Shown: piece by piece, positions 17,810 through 27,874 of the stretch
Position numbering within the stretch: position 1 is the stretch's first letter
Layout of the letters: each line of letters opens with the position of its first letter
Source: Ktedonobacterales bacterium
GTDB lineage: Bacteria; Chloroflexota; Ktedonobacteria; Ktedonobacterales; JADMIN01
DNA length: 32,000 nucleotides
Assembly: GCA_030167145.1 (NCBI GenBank)
Contig: CP126532.1
Coordinates: forward strand, 3,570,001-3,602,000
Direction: 5' to 3'
Notes under the pieces: model-generated
What the model was told of the DNA's origin: nothing
The model's input: the letters and a program-made list of their open reading frames with translations, nothing else
Databases searched by the model: none
Program-made: the position numbers and the translations under genes

Positions 17810-19276
17810 TTACATCTCATTCGCGCGCTTATCCACGAAGCCGCGCGCGAATGTAGCGAACGCATAGACATCCGCGAAGGTGCTGGCGAGGCCGACGGAG
17901 ACTCGCACCGCGCCGGTGCTCTTCGCGTCTATGCAGCGGCGGAAGTCGTCCAGCGTGACGCGCTCGGTGTAGCGCACGAAGCACGTGCTCAGCTCTTCGG
18001 CGGAGATGCCCAGCGCCAGCTCGCCGCCGCCAGGATTACAGAAACAGCCTGTACGCAGCGAGATGTTCACCTCGTTGGCGCGCTCCTCAATCAGCCGGTG
18101 GTCAATGAAATGGCCGTCGGGATCATAGAAGTTCATGGTGATCGTGCCGCCGCGCATCGCCGTGTTTTCCGGGCCATAGATGCGCACCACCGGCGCACCC
18201 GTGCTGTGGCGCAGCGCCGTCAGCGCGTCCAGGAGCCAGCCCGTCAGGCACGCCACGCGCGTATGAATTGTGTCCAGGCCGATGCTGGCGATGTGGCGCA
18301 GGCCGATCTCCACGGCGGGCAGTGTCAGATAGTTCAGCGTGCCATCCTCGAACGCCTCGCCGCCCTCGTGCAGATAATAGCGGTCGCCCTGCACCGACGC
18401 GACGGTGATTGTTCCGCCCGCGAACCACGGACGATGCAGCTTCGCCAGCGCCGGTTTGCGCGCCAGCAGGCAGCCGACGCCGGTGGGATAGCCGAAGATT
18501 TTGTAGAACGACAGCGAAACGAAATCGGGATGCCACCGGCTCAGGTCCAACGGGTTCGTCGGCACGAAGGCAGCGGCATCCAGCAGCACATCCCAGCCCT
18601 TCGCCTGCGCCCGTTCGATCCATTCCAAGGGATGCTGCACGCCGGAGAAATTCGACTGCGCTGGAAAGGCGAAGAGGTTGTTGCCACCGGGCCGCGCCAG
18701 ATCGAGACTCGCCGCCAGCCGCTCGCCATCAATGCGCATATCCGGCGGGATCACCGGAGCGTAGGTGACGTGCGCGCCACGTGCGCGGGCGAATTCGCGG
18801 ATGCCGTTGACCGAGTTGTGATTATCAAAGGTCAACAGATACTGATCGTCCGGCCCGAAGGGGTACGACTCACCCACCAGCTTCAGCGCGCCGCTGGCGT
18901 TGAGCGTGAAGATCACCGCGTACTCGTCGGGCGTGGCGGAGAAGAACGCCAGCACCGCGTCGCGCGCCTGTTCTATCAGCCGCGTCATCGCCAGCGAGGT
19001 CGGGTTCGTCGAGTGCGGGTTGCCGAAGACGTTGTCGCGCAGCAGATCCATGTGCGCCCGCACCTGCGATTCGGCGTAGAGGCCGCCGCCGGTGTAGTCC
19101 AGGTAGATGTGCCCGGCCGCGTCCAGCCGCGCGTAGTCGCTGGCGCGCATCTCGTCGAGTTGGCTCGTGCTCGCGAACGCTGGATACAGTGCGCGAAACG
19201 AGGCCTCTGCTTCTGCTAGTGCGGGCATTCCCTCTGCTGGCGTGTTCGCTGCGGCGGTCTGCTGAGAAGTTGACAT
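17810..19276 (-). CDS. Class V aminotransferase-fold PLP enzyme, molybdenum-cofactor-sulfurase (NifS-like N-domain) family
   Basis: The FVSLSFYKIFGYPTGVGCLLARK segment (PLP-lysine context) and overall length match the MOCOS/ABA3 N-domain family. The ATG at 19274-19276 has GGGAG 6 nt upstream. Confidence 0.88.
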   Translation of the reverse strand: MSTSQQTAAANTPAEGMPALAEAEASFRALYPAFASTSQLDEMRASDYARLDAAGHIYLDYTGGGLYAESQVRAHMDLLRDNVFGNPHSTNPTSLAMTRLIEQARDAVLAFFSATPDEYAVIFTLNASGALKLVGESYPFGPDDQYLLTFDNHNSVNGIREFARARGAHVTYAPVIPPDMRIDGERLAASLDLARPGGNNLFAFPAQSNFSGVQHPLEWIERAQAKGWDVLLDAAAFVPTNPLDLSRWHPDFVSLSFYKIFGYPTGVGCLLARKPALAKLHRPWFAGGTITVASVQGDRYYLHEGGEAFEDGTLNYLTLPAVEIGLRHIASIGLDTIHTRVACLTGWLLDALTALRHSTGAPVVRIYGPENTAMRGGTITMNFYDPDGHFIDHRLIEERANEVNISLRTGCFCNPGGGELALGISAEELSTCFVRYTERVTLDDFRRCIDAKSTGAVRVSVGLASTFADVYAFATFARGFVDKRANEM

Positions 19277-19521
19277 GCGACGCTCCCATCGGCGGTGATG
19301 TGTGCCAGTCGCGCCCACCCCATTGTGAACGCCCCACATGCGAAGAGCCGCACCTGTAACAGCACATCATCCAGCGGCTGGCTTCATAGTAGACGCCCCT
19401 CGCCCCCGCGTCAACCTGTGCCGCGCCACATATCCACCGCCAGATGGGTTCTTCAACCACCGCGAACCTTCTATAGCGAAGAGCCAACATCTGTGCTATG
19501 ACGACCTTTAGGAGGCTCGAC

Positions 19522-19992
19522 ATGGATAAGCCAAAGTTCTCGCTCTCCACCTACAAGGACCCAGCAACTGTTGCGCTGGTGAACAAAACTGACCATAAGA
19601 AAGTAGCCGCCTGGGCGATTGATTGCGCCGAGCGTGTCATGCCTTACTTTGAGGAAACATACCCGCACGACCATCGCCCCCGGCAAGCTATCGAAATGCT
19701 TCAGGCATGGATAGATACGGGCGTGTTCAAGATGGCTATCATTCGCAAGGCGTCGCTTAACGCTCATGCCGCTGCTCGTGAAGTCGGTCAAGATACTGCT
19801 GCTCGTTCGGCTGCCCGTGCCGCAGGCCAAGCGGTGGCTACAGCGCATGTGCCAATGCATGCTCTTGGCGCCGTGAATTATGCCCTACAGGCGATCTACC
19901 GCGCCACCAATCCGGCGCTTGCTGATGCCGCTGTAGCCAGGGAACGAGACTGGCAACTCCAGCACTTGCTCGATTTGAAACGCGAACAGTAA
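19522..19992 (+). CDS. Imm5-like putative immunity protein family member (all-alpha)
   Basis: The pattern VAAWAIDCAERVMPYFEE...DHRPRQAIEMLQAWIDTG...AHAAAREV...AARAAGQAVATAHVPMHALGAVNYA matches my recollection of this family. AGGAGG at 19510-19515 lies 6 nt before the ATG at 19522. Confidence 0.7.
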   Translation: MDKPKFSLSTYKDPATVALVNKTDHKKVAAWAIDCAERVMPYFEETYPHDHRPRQAIEMLQAWIDTGVFKMAIIRKASLNAHAAAREVGQDTAARSAARAAGQAVATAHVPMHALGAVNYALQAIYRATNPALADAAVARERDWQLQHLLDLKREQ

Positions 19993-20164
19993 CTACTCGA
20001 CCCGAACAACCGACCTCGCCTATGGGTTGCTAAAGATGCACGAAGACAGCGCGCCATGACGTCCACACGATGCGCGTGGCCCGCCAGATGCTCAGTCCTG
20101 GAACATCTGACGGTTCGCGCGCATCTCTTTCATATGCGAGACGTCGCCGTATCAGCCAGCCGTC

Positions 20165-20965
20165 TTAGCGTGTGGGCTGTGCATAGGGGCCGCCCGCGCC
20201 CAGGTTCTTCGCGTGGAAGGGGATCGTGAACTGGAAGTGCCACGGCCCGCTCAGCGTCGTATATCCTGGACTGGTATTGTTCAGATAGACGGCGGTAATG
20301 TCCCAGGTGATTGTAAGCTGGCTCGTCCCTGGCGCGGGATGGTACGGCCCCTCATCCATGACACAGAACTGCTCGTCGCCTGGCTTCGCCGCGCTACAGA
20401 CGATGTTGCCTCGTAGTGTCGCTTCGCCATCCTGGCCCGTGATGGACCATGAACCAATCGTGGTGTAGGTATACAGCTTGGCCAGCTCCGGCGACATCTG
20501 GATGCTGTACGCGATATACGTATTGCCAGGGTCGGCATACGCCTTGTACACCTTGATCGTCACGCCATCGGCCTGTTGTGTCTGGTTCACATCGGTATAG
20601 AGATGCTCGTCGCCGATGATACGCAGCTTCGGAGTATTGAACGGGAAGCCCGTGAAGATGCCCGCGAAGCCCGCGCCCGTCAGCAGCAGCGCCGCGACCA
20701 GTCCCACGGCGGCCCACGGCGCGATGGCGCGCTTGCGGCTCCTCGGCGCGTGTGCCGTCTCTGCCCCATGAGTGCGCCGCCACGGCAGGATGCCGCGCCG
20801 CGTATGCATGCTCCCTTCGCTGGCGATTGCCGCGACCTGTGGCGCTATCGCGTTCCAGCCTTTTTCAGTGTCAACTGTCACGGGTGCGTGCTCGCTGAAC
20901 GTCTGCCGCAGCAGCGCCTCATCGGGCGTCTCCTCTGCCAGCAGTGATGTTGGCCGTGTGTCCAT
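20165..20965 (-). CDS. Putative anti-sigma factor (cytoplasmic N-terminus, one TM helix, DUF4179-like extracytoplasmic domain)
   Basis: Lies 58 nt downstream of the ECF sigma gene on the same strand. TM helix WAAVGLVAALLLTGAGFAGIF. The extracytoplasmic domain starts GVTIKVYKAYADPGNTYIAYSI. Confidence 0.7.
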   Translation of the reverse strand: MDTRPTSLLAEETPDEALLRQTFSEHAPVTVDTEKGWNAIAPQVAAIASEGSMHTRRGILPWRRTHGAETAHAPRSRKRAIAPWAAVGLVAALLLTGAGFAGIFTGFPFNTPKLRIIGDEHLYTDVNQTQQADGVTIKVYKAYADPGNTYIAYSIQMSPELAKLYTYTTIGSWSITGQDGEATLRGNIVCSAAKPGDEQFCVMDEGPYHPAPGTSQLTITWDITAVYLNNTSPGYTTLSGPWHFQFTIPFHAKNLGAGGPYAQPTR

Positions 20966-21023
20966 GGGAAAGTGTGCCCTCTCTGTAGCGTCTCAAATAC
21001 AACTGTGCGGTGATGAGTAAGAT

Positions 21024-21608
21024 TCAGGGCAGCGGCGTGGAATGCTCGTGCGCCGCGAGTGGCGCCGCCTGCTGGCGCAGCGCGTTCAGCGCGCGGTGCA
21101 GGGTGACGCGCACCGCGCCTTCGCTCGTCTCCAGCAGCGTGGCGACCTCGCGAATCGAGAAATCGCCATAGTAGCGCAGCGCCAGCGGCACGCGATAGCG
21201 CGGCGGCAGCGCCTGTACCCGCTCCCACAGCAGCTCACGCCGCTCCGCGCTCAGCAGCACCTCGTCGGGCAGTGGTGGGCGCTGTCGTTGCCAATCCTCA
21301 CTCAGCTCGCCAACCGCGTCGAGCGAGGTCTGGCGGTCGGTGCGCCGCGCGCCCAGCATGTCGAGAATCGCGTGGGTGAGGATGCGGTGAAACCAGAGCG
21401 GGAACGCTTTGACATCACGCAACTGTTCGCGCCGCCGGAAGGCTGTCAGAAACGCCTCCTGGGCGCAATCCTGCGCTTCGTCGTGCGCCAGTCCGCTCAG
21501 CGCCGCCAGCCGCACCGCACGCGGATAGTAGCCATCGAAGACTGCGCGCACGGCCTGCTCGTCGCCGCGCTGCCACGCCGCGATTGTGGACGGTTCGTCG
21601 TTCAGCAT
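21024..21608 (-). CDS. ECF-type sigma-70 family RNA polymerase sigma factor
   Basis: Region 2 (FLTAFRRREQLRDVKAFPLWFHRILTHAILD) and region 4 (LPPRYRVPLALRYYGDFSIREVATLLETSEGAVRVTLHRALNALR). I prefer the ATG at 21606-21608 with GAAAGGA upstream. Confidence 0.9.
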   Translation of the reverse strand: MLNDEPSTIAAWQRGDEQAVRAVFDGYYPRAVRLAALSGLAHDEAQDCAQEAFLTAFRRREQLRDVKAFPLWFHRILTHAILDMLGARRTDRQTSLDAVGELSEDWQRQRPPLPDEVLLSAERRELLWERVQALPPRYRVPLALRYYGDFSIREVATLLETSEGAVRVTLHRALNALRQQAAPLAAHEHSTPLP

Positions 21609-21824
21609 CGGGGCCGGTCCTTTCAACCGTATACGGGGTCGCTACAGAGAGGACACCGCCGCGCGCAAAAATGTTACACCGCCCACGCGCCAACACTGAA
21701 CCCAAGACTGGACCTTCGTACACTCCCCAGATGCGCCTGACCCGCGCTACAATCCTTCATACTATGAACCATCCCGTAAACGTGAAGGTAAATTGAACCA
21801 CTGCCAAGGCGAAGGGTGCGGGCG

Positions 21825-23297
21825 ATGCGACGATTCGAATACAAGTGGGTGGCGCTGATCGTGACCACCGTTGGCTCGCTGATGGTGGCGATTGATTCGA
21901 CGATTGTCATTCTGGCGCTGCCGAATATGCTGCAAGATCTCCACTCCAATCTCGTGCGGATGACCTGGGTGATTATGGCCTACCTGCTCGTCAACACCGT
22001 CCTGCAGCTTACCTTTGGCCGCATGGCCGATATGTTTGGCCGTGTCAAAATGTACAATCTTGGCTTCTTGATATTCACCGCCTGTTCTGTCCTCTGCGGA
22101 CTCGCCCCCAACGATGGCCTGCTGATCCTCTTCCGCGTGCTCCAGGGCGCGGGCGGCGCGATGCTCTCGGCCAACGCGATGGCGATCATCACCGAGGTCT
22201 TCCCGCCGAATGAGCGCGGGCGCGCGATGGGCTACAATGCCGTCACCTGGGGCGCGGGCAGCGTCCTCGGCCCCGTCCTGGGCGGGCTAATTCTGGCAGG
22301 CGCAAGCTGGCGCTGGATCTTTCTGGTGAATCTGCCCATCGGGTTGATAGGCACGGCGGCGGCGTATCTGCTGCTGCACGAGGTCGCGCCCAATCCCCGC
22401 CGCGAACGCTTCGACCTGCTCGGCGCGGCGCTCTTCACCGTCGGCCTCGTCACCTTCCTGATGGCGCTCACCGGCGGCATCGGTGCGGGCTGGCTCTCGC
22501 CCAGCATTCTCACGCTCTTCGCCATCGCACTCATCTCGCTCGTCGCCTTTGTCGTGCGCGAGCGCCGCTTCAGCGTGCCGATGCTCGACCTCAAGCTCTT
22601 CGATAACCGCATCTATGCCTATTCCGTCGCGGCGGCGGCGCTGCAATCGCTGGCCATCTTCGCCGTCAATTTCCTGCTCATCTTCTATCTGCAAGGCGTG
22701 CGCGCCTTCACCCCGCTCACGGCGGCGCTGCTGATCTTGCCGATGCCGCTGGTGAGTTCGTTCATTGGCCCGCTCAGCGGCGGGTGGGCCGACCGCGTCG
22801 GCGGCGCGATTCCCGCCACGCTGGGTCTCGCGCTGCAAGCGACGGCGCTGGTGATGCTCACCCAACTCACTCCCGCTACGCCTTATCCCGTGCTGGCCAT
22901 CGCGCTCGTATTGATGGGCCTGGGCAGCGGCTTCTTCTGGTCGCCCAACACCAGCACGACGATGAGCGCCGCGCCGCGCAAACAGCTTGGCGTGGCCTCC
23001 GCTACGCTCAACACGATGCGCAACGTCGGCATGGTATGCAGCTTTGCCGTCGCTCTCGCCGTCGCCGCTGCCTCGATGCCGAAAGACATCATGAATGCCG
23101 TCTTCCTGGGCACCGTCGGCCACCTCAGCCCAGCGATTTCCGATGCGTTCACCTCAGGCATGTCCCATGCGTTCCTGGCCTCTATCGCCATCTGCCTGCT
23201 CGCCATCTATTTCTCCGTCGTTCGCCAGGGCAAGCGTCCGCAGGCCGAGCCAGTCCCCGGCGAGGCAAGTGTGGCCCAACCGGTGGGCGAACGCTAG
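21825..23297 (+). CDS. MFS transporter, DHA2 (EmrB/QacA-like, 14-TMS) family
   Basis: The N-terminal motif VALIVTTVGSLMVAIDSTIVILALPNM, then GRMADMFGR and many TM segments. I prefer the ATG at 21825 over the GTG at 21816. Confidence 0.92.
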   Translation: MRRFEYKWVALIVTTVGSLMVAIDSTIVILALPNMLQDLHSNLVRMTWVIMAYLLVNTVLQLTFGRMADMFGRVKMYNLGFLIFTACSVLCGLAPNDGLLILFRVLQGAGGAMLSANAMAIITEVFPPNERGRAMGYNAVTWGAGSVLGPVLGGLILAGASWRWIFLVNLPIGLIGTAAAYLLLHEVAPNPRRERFDLLGAALFTVGLVTFLMALTGGIGAGWLSPSILTLFAIALISLVAFVVRERRFSVPMLDLKLFDNRIYAYSVAAAALQSLAIFAVNFLLIFYLQGVRAFTPLTAALLILPMPLVSSFIGPLSGGWADRVGGAIPATLGLALQATALVMLTQLTPATPYPVLAIALVLMGLGSGFFWSPNTSTTMSAAPRKQLGVASATLNTMRNVGMVCSFAVALAVAAASMPKDIMNAVFLGTVGHLSPAISDAFTSGMSHAFLASIAICLLAIYFSVVRQGKRPQAEPVPGEASVAQPVGER

Positions 23298-23328
23298 CCA
23301 CCAGCCGTCCCCTGCTGGACATCCCTAT

Positions 23329-25662
23329 CTACGCGCCCTCAAGCTCCGCGATGAGCCGCTTGTGCGACATCGCGCGGCCCGCTGCCCACGCCGCCTCGAA
23401 CGCCGCGTCTCCGAGCATTGCGCGCGTGGTGGCAATCGCGCGATCAATCGCGGCGCGCAGGGTAGGGCGTGGCGGCTCACCCGTGATGTCACGCGCCCGC
23501 GCGACGGCGCTCAGCAACCACACGCCTCGTTCGGACTCATCGTCGCCACTGAGCATGATCCCAATGGCTTCCATACTCTCGGCGGCGCATCGCGTGTCGC
23601 CGATGCCGTGCGCGAGCCGTAACGCCTTCCGGAACAAGCGCATCGCCTGGGTCGCATCGCCTTTGCCCCAGACGATGTATCCCTGCCGGAGTATCAGCAG
23701 CGCGATGTATGACACATCCCCGACTTGCGTGAACCCTGCGAGGCTGCTTTCATTCAGCGCCGCCGCGCGCTCGTAGTCGCCATGCGCATAGGCGATTTCG
23801 CCGAGGGTCCACTGCGCCTGGGCGATGCTCCATCTCTCCCCGGTCCGCTGGCTGATCGCCATGCCTTCTTCCAGCAGCGCTATGCCGTGCGCCGCATCAC
23901 CCAACTCATAGGCCGCCATGCCCTTCGCATGCAACCCATCAGCGACCAATACCCAATCACCCAACTCACGCGCGAGCGCCAGCCCTTCCTCCAGCAGCGT
24001 CAGCCCATCCAGATCAAACTGCCATAACTTCAATGCTGCTCCCGCAAAGAGTCCCCGCGCCCTCCACATCGCTGGCCGATTCGCCTCCGGCAGCGCCAGT
24101 AGCGCCGCCAGCCAGCGCTTGCCCTCCCGTAGATACCCACGTTTTCGCCAGTACAGATACAGTCCGAACGCCAGCCGCAATCCCGCTTCAGCATCGCTGC
24201 GCTCCAGCGTCCAGCTCAGCGCAAGTCGCGCGTTATCGCGCTCTCGTTCCAGCCGCTCCAACCAATCCGCCTGATTCGGGCCTCGCAATTCGGCAAGCGC
24301 CATTTCTGCCATGCCCAGATAGTAGTCGAGGTGCAGGCTCCGCAGCGTCTCGGTTTCACCGCTTTCGTTCAGACGCTCTCGCCCGTACTCGTGGATCGTC
24401 TCCAGCATGCGGAAACGCGGCTCTCCACGTGTGCCGTCCTCCCGCACCACTAGACTCTTGTCTATCAGCGACGCCAGACCATCCATCACCGACCCTGCTG
24501 GCTCATCGCTCGCGCCGCACACCGCCTCTGCCGCCTCCAGCGTCCAGCCACCTGCGAAAACCGCCACGCGCCGGAACAGCCGCCGCTCGCGCTTGCTCAG
24601 CAGATCGTAACTCCATGCAATCGCGCCCTGCAGGGTCCGCTGCCGCTCAGGCAGATCCCGCGCGCCATCGGTCAGGATGCGCATCCGCTGGTCTAGGCGC
24701 TCCAGCAACGCCGACGGTGAAAATAGCTTGAGGCGAGCCGCCGCCAGTTCAATCGCCAGCGGTAGCCCGTCGAGTCGCGAGCAGATTGCTGCCACTGCTG
24801 GCGCATTTTCATCGGTCAACTCGAACGTGGGTTTGACTGCCCGCGCTCGCAGCATGAAGAGCGCTACGGCCGCATACTGGCCCAGATCATCCAGCGCTGG
24901 CAGATGCGCCAGATCTGGTGTGGCCAGTGGCGCCGCCGCGTACTCCTGTTCGCCACGTAGGCGCAGCGCCGCCCGGCTCGTCACCAGTATCTTCACCCGC
25001 GGACACGCGCTCAGCAGGTCCACCAGCACAGATCCCGCCGGGAGCACCTGCTCGAAATTGTCCAGCAGCAGCAGGATATGCCGGTCGCGCAGCGCGCCCA
25101 GAACCACGTCCAGCGCTGGCCGCGCACCCGATTCATGCATGCCCAGCGCGTGCGCGATGGCAGCAGGTACCAGGCCAGCGTCTCGCACCGCCGCCAGCGC
25201 GACGAAAACGACGCCATCGCCAAAATCTTGGCCGCTCTCAGCCGCGACTCTCAGCCCTAGCCGTGTTTTGCCGACCCCTGGCGGCCCCGTCACGGTAATC
25301 AGCCGTATATCGGGACGGCGCAGCAAATGCACTAGCGCGGCCTCGTCGTGCTCGCGCCCGATCAGCGGCGTGAGTGGATGCGGGAGATCATCTCGCCGGT
25401 AGCTGGAAGCGTCAGCCACACGATCTCGCCTCCGACGCGCGGCGCGCACGAGGGCGACGCGCTCCTCATCAGCGAGCGCCAGCGCATCCGCGAGTCGCGT
25501 CACGGTATCCAGATGGGGCCAGCGACTCACTCCGCGCTCGACATCGCTCACGCTGCGCACACTGACGCCCGCCCGCTCAGCTAGCTCCGCCTGGGTCAGG
25601 CCAGCGGCTGTTCGGTAACGACAAAGCAGCAGACTGAGCGTGGTTGACTCGATGGTATGCAT
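23329..25662 (-). CDS. STAND-type regulator: XRE-family HTH + NB-ARC/AAA ATPase + TPR repeats
   Basis: [29 protein letters not shown]; Walker [13 protein letters not shown]; Walker B-like [12 protein letters not shown]; a long C-terminal TPR-like helical repeat region. The ATG at 25660-25662 has AGGAA upstream. Confidence 0.9.
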   Translation of the reverse strand: MHTIESTTLSLLLCRYRTAAGLTQAELAERAGVSVRSVSDVERGVSRWPHLDTVTRLADALALADEERVALVRAARRRRDRVADASSYRRDDLPHPLTPLIGREHDEAALVHLLRRPDIRLITVTGPPGVGKTRLGLRVAAESGQDFGDGVVFVALAAVRDAGLVPAAIAHALGMHESGARPALDVVLGALRDRHILLLLDNFEQVLPAGSVLVDLLSACPRVKILVTSRAALRLRGEQEYAAAPLATPDLAHLPALDDLGQYAAVALFMLRARAVKPTFELTDENAPAVAAICSRLDGLPLAIELAAARLKLFSPSALLERLDQRMRILTDGARDLPERQRTLQGAIAWSYDLLSKRERRLFRRVAVFAGGWTLEAAEAVCGASDEPAGSVMDGLASLIDKSLVVREDGTRGEPRFRMLETIHEYGRERLNESGETETLRSLHLDYYLGMAEMALAELRGPNQADWLERLERERDNARLALSWTLERSDAEAGLRLAFGLYLYWRKRGYLREGKRWLAALLALPEANRPAMWRARGLFAGAALKLWQFDLDGLTLLEEGLALARELGDWVLVADGLHAKGMAAYELGDAAHGIALLEEGMAISQRTGERWSIAQAQWTLGEIAYAHGDYERAAALNESSLAGFTQVGDVSYIALLILRQGYIVWGKGDATQAMRLFRKALRLAHGIGDTRCAAESMEAIGIMLSGDDESERGVWLLSAVARARDITGEPPRPTLRAAIDRAIATTRAMLGDAAFEAAWAAGRAMSHKRLIAELEGA

Positions 25663-25916
25663 GCGTCCATCGTTCCTGAACCAGCCCCATGGCGTGCGCC
25701 TCAGGAGCCACCGACCGCGCGAACCTTTGGTCGCCACCATTGTAGCATTCGCCCATCGCCCCTTCAACGATGCTCCGCCGCGATTCCGCTAGCCATTTCC
25801 GCAGGTAAATCTGTGGATTCCACATTGACGTAGCGCACTCCAACCGCCACACTCTACCCAGTCATATATCGTCTATCGTCATAGCGGTAGCGGCCCCAGG
25901 CCAAAAGGAGCATCGC

Positions 25917-26624
25917 ATGTTTGAAACACAGATCAGGCGGTTTACGGCGACCGCAGGTATTATCAGTGTTGTGTTGTACGTGGTTAGTGCCGCGTTGATC
26001 TCCGACCTGCCATCAATCAACGACTCAGCGGGCACTTGGTCATCCTACACGGCGAGCCACGGACCGCAATTCCTGGCCGAGGTCTACATCTGGGGCGCCA
26101 CCACGGCGGCAGTGATTTGCTTCCTCACGGGCCTCTGGAGCGCCTTGCGACATGCCGGGCGGGCATCTGACCTGCTCGCCACTCTTGGCTTGGGCGCGGG
26201 CCTGATGATCTGGGCCATCGTGCTGGCTGGCTTCGCGCCCTTGCTGGTTCTTGGCTATCGCGCCGGATCCCTCGACTCCGCAAGCGTGAAGTCACTCGCC
26301 GACCTGACGCTGCTGGGCGCGACCCTCTCCGCCTTTCCCACGGCGGTCTCGGTAGGCGCGTTCTCCGTCCTCATCCTGCGCACCCACGCCCTTGCCCGCT
26401 GGACCGGCTGGTTTGGTTTCCTGGTCGTCGTGGCGCACCTCGCCGCTGCTGGCGCATTCGCGCAAGACGGCTTCTTCTCGCCCTCCATGGTCAGCGTCTT
26501 CGTCGCCCCCCCACTCTACTTCCTCTGGACGCTCATCATCAGCGTCGCAGTCCTGCGTCGCCCCCATGCTTCACGCGCTTCCGCCCCGTCTGACAAGGGA
26601 GCCTCAGCGCCCGTAGCCAACTGA
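25917..26624 (+). CDS. Hypothetical integral membrane protein (about 6 TM helices)
   Basis: AAGGAG at 25903-25908 precedes the ATG. Hydrophobic segments are regularly spaced. Confidence 0.7.
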   Translation: MFETQIRRFTATAGIISVVLYVVSAALISDLPSINDSAGTWSSYTASHGPQFLAEVYIWGATTAAVICFLTGLWSALRHAGRASDLLATLGLGAGLMIWAIVLAGFAPLLVLGYRAGSLDSASVKSLADLTLLGATLSAFPTAVSVGAFSVLILRTHALARWTGWFGFLVVVAHLAAAGAFAQDGFFSPSMVSVFVAPPLYFLWTLIISVAVLRRPHASRASAPSDKGASAPVAN

Positions 26625-26921
26625 CCCTGCCCGTCACGTCGTTGTCGCGGCGCTTACACTCAGGCGTTGCGAGTCCCTCATCTCATCCATATCTGAATTC
26701 ACGCCGCCCACCACGCCGAGCCAGTCTCCGGCGCGGTGGGCGCGCAGCATGCGGCGCGAAAATTCCAGGCGCTTCCACTTTCCGGTGACGCAATAGAATA
26801 GGAATGGGCGAGCGCGGCATCCGGAGTCTGCAACTAATGCGTCCGCGCCTCGCGCTGGCTGGCCATCGCAGCAGAGCAGCGATAGCACGAGTGAGTGGTA
26901 CGACGTGAACAGAGGTACAGC

Positions 26922-27566
26922 ATGGGTAAGGTGTTTTTCAGTGTGGGAATGTCTCTCGATGGCTTCATGGCCCCTGAAGGGATGGATCTGGCACACGCAG
27001 ACGACCCGAACTTCAACGACTGGCTCAGCCAATGGATGGAGCTTCAGAAGTGGGTGTTCCAGCAACAATTTTTCCGCGAGAATCTCAAACTTGGCGAAGG
27101 TGGTGAGACCGGCCAGGACAACCACATTCTGGAGGAGACCTTCAACCGTACCGGCGTGAGCATCATGGGCAAGCGGATGTTCGAGGGTGGTGAACGTTCC
27201 TGGCCCGAGGAAGCTCCCTTCCATACGCCAGTCTTCGTCTTGACTACGCAGGTTCGCAGTCCTTGGGCGCGCCCAGGCGGGACCACATTCCACTTCGTCA
27301 ACGATGGAATTGAGAGCGCGTTGCGGCAGGCGCGTGCGGTCGCCGGAGACAAAGACATCCGGATCGCGGGCGGCGCCAATGCTATCCTTCAGTACCTCAA
27401 CGCGGGCCTGGTCAACGAGTTCTCCATCGCTCTGGCGCCGGTCTTCTTCGGTGAAGGAGTTCGCCTGTTCGATGGGATAGACCGGCGCAAAGTTGGGTTG
27501 CAGATCGTAGAGGCAAGTCATTCGCCGCTCGTCACGCATCTGCGCTACACTGTCACGCATCTGTAA
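26922..27566 (+). CDS. Dihydrofolate reductase family protein (RibD C-terminal domain type)
   Basis: MGKVFFSVGMSLDGFMAPEG at the N-terminus, then IMGKRMFE and IRIAGGANAILQYLNAGLVNEFSIALAPVFFGEGVRLF. AGAGG lies 6 nt upstream of the ATG at 26922. Local GC is visibly lower than in the flanks. Confidence 0.9.
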   Translation: MGKVFFSVGMSLDGFMAPEGMDLAHADDPNFNDWLSQWMELQKWVFQQQFFRENLKLGEGGETGQDNHILEETFNRTGVSIMGKRMFEGGERSWPEEAPFHTPVFVLTTQVRSPWARPGGTTFHFVNDGIESALRQARAVAGDKDIRIAGGANAILQYLNAGLVNEFSIALAPVFFGEGVRLFDGIDRRKVGLQIVEASHSPLVTHLRYTVTHL

Positions 27567-27586
27567 GAAATACCAGGCGTCCGTCA

Positions 27587-27679
27587 TGCCGCTTGCTCTG
27601 CTGTTTGGCGACGGCGGCATAGGTTACGCATTCATCAGCGAGGACGGCGAGCAGGGCAGATTTCTCTGGCAATGCTGAG
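27587..27679 (+). pseudogene. Possible C-terminal remnant of a YwqG/DUF1963-family gene (MPLALLFGDGGIGYAFISEDGEQGRFLWQC*)
   Basis: Hand-translated. The pattern [FW]GD-G-x-[IL]-Y-F-I...ED...F-x-W-Q-C at the extreme C-terminus is what I recall for that family. The frame has no credible upstream continuation because the DHFR-family gene ends at 27566. Confidence 0.3.
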
Positions 27680-27840
27680 CGCCTACGGTTGGGCATACGG
27701 TAGTGGCATGGTCACTATCAGCAAGATGCTGGTAGCAGATGTGGTGAACGGGTGAACGCATACACGCACTTTGGCGCCTCACTGCCGCATGATGTAGCGG
27801 CGCGGTAGGCTCGTGCGTTTCTCACATATAGTACGTAGTT

Positions 27841-27874
27841 GCGCCACGCGCCCGGCTGGTTGCCAGCGTGGCGC
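27841..27874 (+). promoter_or_regulatory. GC-rich nested inverted repeat upstream of the MIP channel gene
   Basis: GCGCCACGC (27841-27849) pairs with GCGTGGCGC (27866-27874), and there is an inner TGG-ttg-CCA. It lies 67 nt upstream of the ATG at 27941 and just downstream of a TAGGCT-N15-TATAGT promoter-like element (27806-27832). Confidence 0.35.

Noticed and set aside
17675-19219. 514-aa plus-strand ORF, the longest unexplained ORF in the track
   Set aside because: It is entirely antisense to the well-supported MOCOS/NifS-like PLP enzyme gene. The product is Arg/Ala/Gln-rich junk with no motifs. This is typical of stop-codon-poor antisense frames in high-GC DNA.
21697-21720. ECF-type promoter-like TGAACC-N14-CGTA on the plus strand upstream of the MFS gene. 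A GTAAC...GTC element also lies on the minus strand upstream of the sigma gene.
   Set aside because: The spacer is about 2 nt shorter than the 16-17 nt typical of ECF promoters, and the motifs are short enough to occur by chance. This is not strong enough to call without TSS data.
26634-27620. 328-aa minus-strand ORF
   Set aside because: It is antisense to the DHFR-family gene, whose N-terminal and GGA motifs are unmistakable. It has no RBS, and its sequence has no recognisable domain.
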